The notes under the pieces are model-generated. The model made no database searches. It was not told the DNA's origin and saw only the letters and a list, made by a program, of their open reading frames with translations. The translations under genes and the position numbers were made by a program. Shown here in pieces: positions 41,509 through 48,262 of a DNA stretch of 48,262 bases (position 1 is its first letter; every line of letters begins with the position of its first letter). This DNA is from an uncultured Dehalococcoidales bacterium (lineage in GTDB: Bacteria; Chloroflexota; Dehalococcoidia; GIF9; UBA5629): contig CAZAIO010000004.1 of the NCBI GenBank assembly GCA_964485235.1, positions 1-48,262 of the forward strand, read 5' to 3'.

Positions 41509-41848
41509 TATGATGAAAGTACTAACTTATTATTCGTAATTTACTCTTTTATATGGTAGTACTCCGATTGTCTGTTAAAAGAAAAATACTGCCGGGCTGC
41601 ACTGTGAAAATAATCGAATTTAACGGATAAGGAAATTGCCAGGTTTAAATAAAAATTATTCAGCTAAGTTGTCATGGAGTACTATTGTATTAGGTATTAA
41701 TTTCCGGCGTATAGCGCTTTTTTAAAATACCCGCACGTCCGCTTTCTATAATTATTGCACTTTCAACCGTCTATCCGTTTTGTTATTCATCATATCCGGA
41801 CTGTACTGAAGATCGTTGAAACGATGTGTTTAAACACGGGATGTTGAT

Positions 41849-42466
41849 TTAATTATGCGGCGGGTTAAAGCAACCGGTTGTTTCCATAGCAATAAAGGCA
41901 CTGTTTTCGATAATGCTTTCGGAAGTCTGGTTGCTGGATGAGGCGGCGGGAGTAGCCGGAGCGGATGGAGAACTGTTTCCTGAAAACGTGGTAAGCGTCA
42001 GATATATAGCGATTCCTATACAGATAAGTAGTCCTGTCGCGGCGGCCAGCACGATGATTTGGTTCATTCTTCTCTTCTTTTTCAGCGCTTCTTTTGTTGC
42101 AGGGTCGGCGGGTTTTCGAGGTTGTGACGGAGCCGCGGGGTTTTGTTGTTGAAATGGAGGCTGTTGCGGCGGCTGATGGTATGGCTGTTGTGCCGGTTGT
42201 TGATATTCTTGCTGTGGCTGTTGCGGGTATTGCTGTTGAAAGGGTTGCTGAAACGCCGGTTCCTGCGGCGCAGATGGCGGTTCGGGCTGCTGCTGGAAAC
42301 TCCATGTGAGATATGCTCCGCAACTCGGACAGCTGGTATATGCCGGGTCTACAACAGCGTTGCAATAGGGGCAATTATATTGAAATACCTCGCCGCACGA
42401 CCCGCAAAAGCGCTGGCCGATCATATTTTGCCAGCCGCATCTCGGGCAGTTAAACATCTGCTGCAT
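41849..42466 (-). CDS. Double zinc-ribbon protein with a Pro/Gln-rich linker, one TM helix and a Ser-rich C-terminal tail
   Basis: Four Cys pairs are present: CPRC...CGSC...CPYC...CPSC. They are followed by a QQP/PQQ low-complexity stretch, KKKRR, the TM segment IIVLAAATGLLICIGIAIYLTL and SSPSAPATPAASSS. GAGGTGAG SD precedes the start. Confidence 0.6.
   Translation of the reverse strand: MQQMFNCPRCGWQNMIGQRFCGSCGEVFQYNCPYCNAVVDPAYTSCPSCGAYLTWSFQQQPEPPSAPQEPAFQQPFQQQYPQQPQQEYQQPAQQPYHQPPQQPPFQQQNPAAPSQPRKPADPATKEALKKKRRMNQIIVLAAATGLLICIGIAIYLTLTTFSGNSSPSAPATPAASSSNQTSESIIENSAFIAMETTGCFNPPHN
42115..42298 (-). repeat. Low-complexity CAG/CAA/CCG coding tract (Pro/Gln-rich linker)
   Basis: It translates to FQQQPEPPSAPQEPAFQQPFQQQYPQQPQQEYQQPAQQPYHQPPQQPPFQQQNPAAPSQP. 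Three shadow ORFs are generated on it in other frames. Confidence 0.6.
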
Positions 42467-42658
42467 AGAGCTTTCTCACCTCAATCAATGGGATTCAGTA
42501 GTATCATCATTTTTCGATGACGACCGTCAATATTATACATGGCAAAAGCGAAAATTTGAACCATGACTTTAGTAATTTTATTACTGATTCAGTACCATGA
42601 CTTTCAGGTTATGACCTTTGGTTTCAAATCAGTCTTTTATATAGTAAAATACGTACAT

Positions 42659-44038
42659 ATGATGGAAACCGAACTGCGACATTTACCAAGTGTGGACAGA
42701 ATTATTTCCGATGAAAGGATTTCATCCCTGTTACAAGATTATCCCAGGGAACTGCTTGTTGACCTTGCCCGAAAACGTCTGGAGCAGGACCGCCTGTCGA
42801 TAAATGCCGGAGGCAGGTGTCCGCTTTTTGACGAGATAATCGATTCAGTCATTGCAAAGGCAAAGGAGCTTACCGGTTTAAGCCTCCGGTATCTAGTGAA
42901 CGCATCCGGAGTGATTCTTCATACGAACCTGGGGCGTGCGCCGCTGAGTAAAGAAGCCATTGAAGCTATGGACGCGATATCCGGCGGGTACAGCAATCTT
43001 GAGTACGACCTTGCGACGGGTGTACGGGGTTCCCGTTATGTACACATCGAACAGACCCTGTGCCAGTTGACCGGGGCTGAAGCCGCACTGGTGGTAAACA
43101 ACAATGCAGCCGGAATGCTGCTAGCGCTCAGTACACTGGCGAAAAGAAAAGAGGTAATCGTTTCGCGGGGCCAGGCCGTAGAGATCGGCGGCGGTTTCCG
43201 TATTCCCGATGTCATGAGGCAGAGCGGTGCGAAGCTGGTCGAAGTGGGCACGACCAATTGTACATATACCGCGGACTACGAACAGGCGATAACTCCGCGT
43301 ACTGTTGCCCTGTTGCGCGTTCATCCCAGCAATTTCCTGATAGAGGGCTTTACACATACTGTCGAACTTGAAGAAATAATAGACCTGGGAAATAAATATG
43401 ATATTCCCTTGCTTGACGATGTGGGAAGCGGTTGTTTTCTGGATACGACGGCGTTCGGTTTTGCCAGGGAACCCGTGGTGCAGGAAAGTATTTCTGCGGG
43501 TGCTGCTCTGGTGCTTTTCTCAGGTGACAAGCTTGTAGGCGGACCGCAAGCCGGCATTATCGTGGGCAGGAAACAGCTTATAAACAAAATGAAAAAGAAC
43601 GCCCTCACACGCGCATTGAGGATAGATAAAATAAGGATGGCCGGTCTTGCAGCGACGCTGGTCCATTATTTGAAGGGGGAAGCGGTGGAAAAAGTGCCGA
43701 TATGGCGGATGGCATCTGCGCCTCTGGACGTTCTGAAGCGGAGGGCAACCGCGTGGGCTCATGCTTCTCACGATATGGCTACGGTGGTACATGGAGAGTC
43801 TATGCTCGGTGGCGGCAGCCTTCCCGGAAGTACTATTGCCACATGGCTTGTGTGTATCGAAGGAGAAAGCCGGAACAGGCGGAAAAATACCGCTCAGATC
43901 TTAAGCGACAGGTTCCGGCGTAACAACCCGCCTGTCATAGGCCGTATTGCCGATGATAAGCTATACCTTGACCCAAGGTCGGTGCTTCCGGAAGACGACC
44001 ATGTCGTGTTGAAAGCGCTGGACGATTTGACGGCATAG
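42659..44038 (+). CDS. selA: L-seryl-tRNA(Sec) selenium transferase
   Basis: MMETELRHLPSVDRIISDE parallels the E. coli SelA N-terminus (LPAIDRLL), and FSGDKLVGGPQAGIIVG contains the PLP lysine. The ORF-track start at 42563 adds 32 hydrophobic AT-rich residues and is rejected. There is no obvious SD before ATG 42659. Confidence 0.88.
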   Translation: MMETELRHLPSVDRIISDERISSLLQDYPRELLVDLARKRLEQDRLSINAGGRCPLFDEIIDSVIAKAKELTGLSLRYLVNASGVILHTNLGRAPLSKEAIEAMDAISGGYSNLEYDLATGVRGSRYVHIEQTLCQLTGAEAALVVNNNAAGMLLALSTLAKRKEVIVSRGQAVEIGGGFRIPDVMRQSGAKLVEVGTTNCTYTADYEQAITPRTVALLRVHPSNFLIEGFTHTVELEEIIDLGNKYDIPLLDDVGSGCFLDTTAFGFAREPVVQESISAGAALVLFSGDKLVGGPQAGIIVGRKQLINKMKKNALTRALRIDKIRMAGLAATLVHYLKGEAVEKVPIWRMASAPLDVLKRRATAWAHASHDMATVVHGESMLGGGSLPGSTIATWLVCIEGESRNRRKNTAQILSDRFRRNNPPVIGRIADDKLYLDPRSVLPEDDHVVLKALDDLTA

Positions 44039-44143
44039 ACGGAGTATCCTGTGCCGGACTATTTTACTAAGTTGACATAACATTTTATACGTTTATTTTT
44101 AATTTTCCAGGGTGTTCTACCACTATCGAAACGGAATGACAAC

Positions 44144-45991
44144 ATGTTTGTAATAGGGACTGCGGGACATATAGACCACGGCAAATCGGTGCTCATACAC
44201 AGGTTAACGGGCATTGATCCTGACAGGCTCGTAGAAGAAAAAGAGCGGGGGATGACCATTGACCTGGGTTTTGCGTGGCTTACCTTGCCGAGCGGGCGAG
44301 AAGTAGGGATTATCGACGTGCCCGGACATGAGCGTTTTATTAAAAATATGCTTGCCGGTGTGGGCGGGATCGACCTCGCACTTCTGGTGGTCGCGGCAAA
44401 TGAGGGTGTGATGCCGCAAACGCGGGAGCACCTTGAAATACTTGACCTGCTGGATATTAAGACCGGCATCGTGGTTATTACCAAACTTGATACGGTAGAC
44501 GAAGAGCTGTTGAGCCTTGTAACCATGGAGGTACAGGAGTTGATTGCGCCGACGAGTTTGAAGGATGCCCCGATAGTGCCGGTTTCCGCAATCACCGGCG
44601 AAGGCTTGCCGGAACTGCTCAATGAAATAGACAGGCTGCTTTCCACGGCAGAGCCGAGAAAAGAGACGGGAAGGCCGAGGCTTTTAATCGACCGGATATT
44701 CACTATTGCAGGTTCGGGCACGGTGGTCACCGGTACCCTGATAGACGGTTCGTTATCTCAGGGACAGGATGTCGAGGTATTACCTGCTGGGCTTAAAGCT
44801 AAGATACGCGGACTGCAATCTCATAAGACGCGCGTGGAGAAGGTCGGTCCAGGCAGCCGCACCGCCGCGAATATTACCGGAGTAAGCGTCTCACAGCTAC
44901 AGCGCGGCGATGTGCTCACCAGTCCTGGATGGCTGCGGCCTGCAACCAGGATGGATGTAAGGCTTCGTTTGCTGCCGGGACTGCCAAGGTCATTGAAACA
45001 CGGTACTGTAGTGAGCCTGTTTACGGGAGCCGCCGAGGTGGAAGCCAAAGTACATCTACTGGAGCGCGAAGAGGTCAAGCCGGGCGATACCGCGCTTGTT
45101 CAAATTGCCACGCAACAGCCGGTAGCGGTAGTAAAAGGTGACCATTTCATTATTCGCTCTCCAATGGATACGCTGGGAGGCGGAACTATTATCAGTGTTT
45201 ATGCCCGGCGTCATCGCAGGTTTCGCGAAAATATTATTGAGAACCTTGTAAAGATCGAACATGGTACGGCGGAAGAGATAATAAGCGCAATGCTGGATAT
45301 GAAACAGCCACTCGGAGTAGAATCGCTGGTAATTAATAGTAACCTGTCAGGCGATGAAGTGCGACATGCGCTGGATGCGCTCGTGCAACAGAAGAAGGTG
45401 GAGGTAGCAAGACAGGGGAACGACCTTCTTGTCTACAACAGCGCCGGGTGGGAATCCCTTGTTCAGAAGACCAGGGACATGGTCGGGGACTATTGCCGCC
45501 GCTTCCCTACGCGGACAGGGATGCCGAAAAGTGAATTGAGCAATAAACTGGGTCTTACACCGCACTCGCCGGTGTTACAAAAACTTATTACTGACGGTAT
45601 TATCGTGGAGGAAGGCGCAAGCGTGCGGATGCCCTCGTTCCAGGTAAAGCTTACGGATGAACAACAAAAAAAGATAGACCTATACCTTCGCGTCCTGTCG
45701 GAAAATCCCTATTCCCCTCCGGGGGACGTAAAAATCGAGCAGGACCTGCTCAGCCTGCTGCTACGACAGGAAAAAGTAGTGAAGGTGAGCGAAGGAGTTG
45801 TGTTTTTAAAGGATGCCTATGAGGAGATGGTGAGCAGGATAACAGCGCATGCAAAAGAGCACGGCAGCGTGACCATTGCCGATGTACGCGAGATGTTCGG
45901 GAACAGCCGGAAATATATCACAGCATTGCTTGAATACTTGGATGAAAAAAAGATCACACGAAGGTCCGGTGATGCTCGGGTATTGAAATAG
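44144..45991 (+). CDS. selB: Selenocysteine-specific translation elongation factor
   Basis: The GTPase motifs are IGTAGHIDHGKSVLIHRLTG, DVPGHERF and TKLD. EF-Tu-like domains II/III follow, then a roughly 250-aa winged-helix C-terminal extension typical of bacterial SelB (615 aa). Confidence 0.9.
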   Translation: MFVIGTAGHIDHGKSVLIHRLTGIDPDRLVEEKERGMTIDLGFAWLTLPSGREVGIIDVPGHERFIKNMLAGVGGIDLALLVVAANEGVMPQTREHLEILDLLDIKTGIVVITKLDTVDEELLSLVTMEVQELIAPTSLKDAPIVPVSAITGEGLPELLNEIDRLLSTAEPRKETGRPRLLIDRIFTIAGSGTVVTGTLIDGSLSQGQDVEVLPAGLKAKIRGLQSHKTRVEKVGPGSRTAANITGVSVSQLQRGDVLTSPGWLRPATRMDVRLRLLPGLPRSLKHGTVVSLFTGAAEVEAKVHLLEREEVKPGDTALVQIATQQPVAVVKGDHFIIRSPMDTLGGGTIISVYARRHRRFRENIIENLVKIEHGTAEEIISAMLDMKQPLGVESLVINSNLSGDEVRHALDALVQQKKVEVARQGNDLLVYNSAGWESLVQKTRDMVGDYCRRFPTRTGMPKSELSNKLGLTPHSPVLQKLITDGIIVEEGASVRMPSFQVKLTDEQQKKIDLYLRVLSENPYSPPGDVKIEQDLLSLLLRQEKVVKVSEGVVFLKDAYEEMVSRITAHAKEHGSVTIADVREMFGNSRKYITALLEYLDEKKITRRSGDARVLK

Positions 45992-46062
45992 GCTCTTACG
46001 ATGGAGAAAACCGATCAGTACTACCGGTAAGTATTAATTTCCCGAAATCCGTATTGTATAAA

Positions 46063-46284
46063 TCATTCACGAACAATCGGTTCGAGCTTGATTATCTTTT
46101 TTCCCTTGAACGTTATATTAAAACGGCGTATCTCGTTATTATTGAACACGTACCTGGAACGGGCTTCGAACTTCTTTACTTCTGTCAGGTCATCATCGAA
46201 AATAAGTGACAGTTCCCACAGGTTATTCACTGCATCGACAGTGTTCGCAGATACGAGCGTCGCTTTACGTGTTTTTATAATCAA
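46063..46284 (-). CDS. Hypothetical small protein (73 aa, TTG start)
   Basis: This reading frame has a balanced, charged composition, while the overlapping + strand ORF is Ser/Leu/Arg-rich shadow-like. I recognise no motif, and the start and SD are weak. Confidence 0.35.
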   Translation of the reverse strand: MIIKTRKATLVSANTVDAVNNLWELSLIFDDDLTEVKKFEARSRYVFNNNEIRRFNITFKGKKIIKLEPIVRE

Positions 46285-46466
46285 CCGCCTTTGCCCTGTA
46301 GGGGCGAAGTTATTATCGATATAAATACAGGCAGCTTATTGTTAAACGGCTTTGCCTGAAAAAAAGATTACATGAAAATTATAGCATATCGTCAGGCGAA
46401 CCATAGCTATATACTATGTTGTCATTGTTAGTGCATATTAAGTTCTGAGCAGCTTACGAAATGCTG

Positions 46467-46925
46467 TTATGCTGCCGGTGCCGGTATTTCCGAGGTGCAA
46501 TGAGGGCACTTTACAGCTTTGATGGGAATGCTTGAGAAGCAGTACGGGCAGTCCCTGGTGGTCGGTTCGGCAGGAGGCTGTTCTTTTGTACGCTGCATAC
46601 GGTTCATCATACGGATGACAAGGAACAGCACGAACGCGATAATGATGAAATTGATGAGCGTATTGATAAAAAGTCCGTAGTTGATCGTCGGCGCGCCTGC
46701 CGCCTGTGCATCAGCCAGAGACGCGTAAGTGCTGCCGGACAGGTTTACGAACAGGTTGGAAAAGTCCACTTTGCCCAGCGCCAGGCCTATAGGCGGCATC
46801 AGGATGTCTCCGACGAAAGAAGTAACGATTTTACCGAAGGCGGCACCGATGATAAAGCCCACCGCCAGGTCGACCACGTTTCCCCTCATCACAAACTCCC
46901 TGAACTCCTTCAATAATGAACGCAT
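46467..46925 (-). CDS. mscL: Large-conductance mechanosensitive channel with a C-terminal zinc-ribbon tail
   Basis: [44 protein letters not shown] is the MscL TM1 signature. ATG 46925 lies 9 nt after GGAGG. ATG 46952 in the ORF track is upstream of that SD. Confidence 0.88.
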   Translation of the reverse strand: MRSLLKEFREFVMRGNVVDLAVGFIIGAAFGKIVTSFVGDILMPPIGLALGKVDFSNLFVNLSGSTYASLADAQAAGAPTINYGLFINTLINFIIIAFVLFLVIRMMNRMQRTKEQPPAEPTTRDCPYCFSSIPIKAVKCPHCTSEIPAPAA

Positions 46926-46981
46926 TGCAGTCCACCTCCATAATGTATTCAATAACGACAGACGACCGTAGAATATGCATC

Positions 46982-47010
46982 ACTATAGAATGACATAAAG
47001 TGGTTGTCAA
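46982..47010 (-). promoter_or_regulatory. Candidate promoter for mscL
   Basis: The reverse strand reads TTGACA (47010-47005), 17 nt, TATAGT (46987-46982), about 50 nt upstream of ATG 46925. Confidence 0.5.
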
Positions 47011-47085
47011 TATGGCCTGTAATTGAATTCCTATTTGCGGATAATATCGTTATAATGCCCAAAACTTTAAGAGCGAGGTGAAAGC

Positions 47086-47199
47086 ATGGAAGGATTGAGC
47101 GTTCTTGGCATCTTTTTCGCGGGTCTGGGCGTTTTTTTTATCGGTTGCGGCGTGTTGTGGTGGGTTTCGCTGCAGGATAAAAAGAATAAGGCAAAATAA
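47086..47199 (+). CDS. Unannotated 37-aa hydrophobic small ORF
   Basis: ATG 47086 is preceded by GAGGTGA with 5-nt spacing. The product is MEGLSVLGIFFAGLGVFFIGCGVLWWVSLQDKKNKAK, one TM helix plus a basic tail. It is too short for the ORF track. Confidence 0.4.
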   Translation: MEGLSVLGIFFAGLGVFFIGCGVLWWVSLQDKKNKAK

Positions 47200-47373
47200 A
47201 AAAGAAACAAGTGGTTTCATCACTTACTTTTTATTGTACATCACCTGCACGGTTTGGCTTTAAGCGGTTATTTACCGCGGTGTAGAAGAGGTGACTTGTG
47301 GCGAGTGGCTTTCATACGACATTAATATTAAAATAGCAACAATTTATAAGTTAGTCCTTGCAGGGGGTTATTG

Positions 47374-48180
47374 ATGTCAAAACACACTATAAATGAAATC
47401 ATTATCGGTGTACTGGCGCTTGTATCGATTGTATTGATAGCCGTAGAATCCCTGGCATCCTTGACAAAATCCGAGCTAATAGCGATTTATGTAGCAGATT
47501 TTGCCATATGTATTGTATTTGCTATCGATTTTATACGAAGGCTCCGGTCCAGCGAAGATAAAGGCCGGTACATGAAAAACAACGGCTTTGAGATACTGGC
47601 GATGGTTCCGGCGGTTGCCTTATATGGGCTGGGCACGATCCCTGCAATATCGATTGCGTTTCGCTCTTTACGCATGATACGGGTATTGAGAGTGCTCCTG
47701 ATGCTGGCGAGGCTGCGGCGTGTATTTTACAGGATGGACAGTTTCGTTCGGAGAAGTCATCTGCTCACACTGTTCGTCATCACGGCGATTGTTATCTTCG
47801 CAGGTGCGTATGCGGTAATGGTCTTGGACAGCGGGACGGAGCATGCACAGATCACCAATTTATCGGATGCAATCTGGTGGAGCATCTCGACAGTCACTAC
47901 AGTCGGATATGGGGATATTGTTCCGCACAGCACTGCAGGCAGGATCATGGGAATGGTATTGATGGTTATCGGCATCGGCATAATGACCACCTTTATATCG
48001 GTAGTGAGCGCTACGATCGTGGAAACCAGAATAAAGCGGGAAGTGAAAGATGTTAAAAGTACTCTTTTAACTGAGATCAAAAACAAGCTCGATGATATTG
48101 ACAACCTGAGCGAAAGCGAACTGTCCCTGTTGATTCAGATGATACAGGCATTAAAGCCGAAGGTAGGCGACAACCGGTGA
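47374..48180 (+). CDS. Voltage-gated-type (6TM) potassium channel
   Basis: The S4-like arginine ladder is RSLRMIRVLRVLLMLARLRRV and the K+ selectivity filter is TTVGYGD. ATG 47374 lies 6 nt after GGGGG; TTG 47371 is the ORF-track start. Confidence 0.85.
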   Translation: MSKHTINEIIIGVLALVSIVLIAVESLASLTKSELIAIYVADFAICIVFAIDFIRRLRSSEDKGRYMKNNGFEILAMVPAVALYGLGTIPAISIAFRSLRMIRVLRVLLMLARLRRVFYRMDSFVRRSHLLTLFVITAIVIFAGAYAVMVLDSGTEHAQITNLSDAIWWSISTVTTVGYGDIVPHSTAGRIMGMVLMVIGIGIMTTFISVVSATIVETRIKREVKDVKSTLLTEIKNKLDDIDNLSESELSLLIQMIQALKPKVGDNR

Positions 48181-48213
48181 GGCATCGGGACTGGTATTAA
48201 TGGATATAAGCGC

Positions 48214-48237
48214 AGGGGCGACCGGCCGGTCGCCCCT
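48214..48237 (+). terminator. GC-rich perfect hairpin downstream of the K+ channel gene
   Basis: AGGGGCGACCGGCCGGTCGCCCCT is a 24-nt perfect palindrome (10-bp stem, 4-nt loop) 34 nt after the stop. No U-tract follows, so it may be a factor-dependent or bidirectional terminator, or a protein site. Confidence 0.3.
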
Positions 48238-48262
48238 ACATTTACATGGGAGTTATACGCCC

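Noticed and set aside
42563-42658. The N-terminal 32-codon extension of selA given by the ORF track
   Set aside because: The extension (MTLVILLLIQYHDFQVMTFGFKSVFYIVKYVH) is AT-rich promoter-like DNA containing the direct repeats. SelA homology begins at MMETELRHLPSVDR.
44059-44730. A 223-aa minus-strand ORF over the selB 5' region
   Set aside because: It is antisense to the unmistakable SelB GTPase domain, and its Ser-rich low-complexity translation is typical of a shadow frame.
46296-46306. The motif CGCCCCTACA, present on the minus strand here and on the plus strand within the 48214-48240 hairpin, considered as a possible REP-like element
   Set aside because: Only about 10 nt are shared. 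The first copy lacks the palindromic partner, which is insufficient to call a repeat family.
1-48262. CRISPR arrays, IS elements, transposases, integrases, prophage genes, toxin-antitoxin pairs or known defence systems
   Set aside because: I saw no regularly spaced repeats and no recognisable transposase, recombinase, nuclease or methylase translations in any listed ORF. The window looks like core chromosome.
41368-48262. tRNA-Sec (selC) or a SECIS-containing selenoprotein gene near selA/selB
   Set aside because: All intergenic regions here are AT-rich and do not fold into a tRNA with a UCA anticodon and long variable arm. I noticed no ORF pair bridged by an in-frame TGA, but a by-eye search is not exhaustive.

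Overview
This is a bacterial chromosomal segment of about 43 protein genes plus one tRNA. I saw no transposase, integrase, CRISPR array or rRNA. All calls come from reading the supplied translations and the DNA by eye; no homology search was run.

Layout:
- 1-198 (-): 5' end of acs.
- 0.4-8.7 kb (+): branched-chain amino-acid operon ilvN-ilvC-leuA-mgtC-like-leuC-leuD-leuB-cimA. From memory this order recalls Dehalococcoidia/Chloroflexota, which is only a guess.
- 8.8-13.9 kb: alpha/beta hydrolase, orphan ArsA/Get3-like ATPase, archease-rtcB, tRNA-Lys(CUU), a GNAT and a gamma-carbonic-anhydrase-like protein.
- 14.0-18.1 kb: a four-gene signalling cassette. It comprises a receiver domain fused to a KaiC-like ATPase, a TrmB-type wHTH, a stand-alone KaiC-like ATPase, and a histidine kinase whose membrane part looks like an MscS channel core. 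I consider this the best candidate for an uncharacterised system.
- 18.1-41.4 kb: an alpha-glucan/trehalose supercluster. It holds malQ, a short GlgE-like GH13, gpmA, glgE-treS-TreT-like GT4-mak-GH57 branching enzyme, three tandem GH57 paralogues, a degenerate-GGDEF/HD-GYP protein, pfkA and glgP. No glgA, glgC or GH13 glgB is present.
- 41.8-48.2 kb: a zinc-ribbon/PQ-rich membrane protein, selA, selB, mscL with a zinc-ribbon tail, an unannotated 37-aa membrane ORF and a Kv-type K+ channel.

Several sigma70-like promoters, one SD-sequestering leader hairpin upstream of glgP and a few palindromes are also noted.
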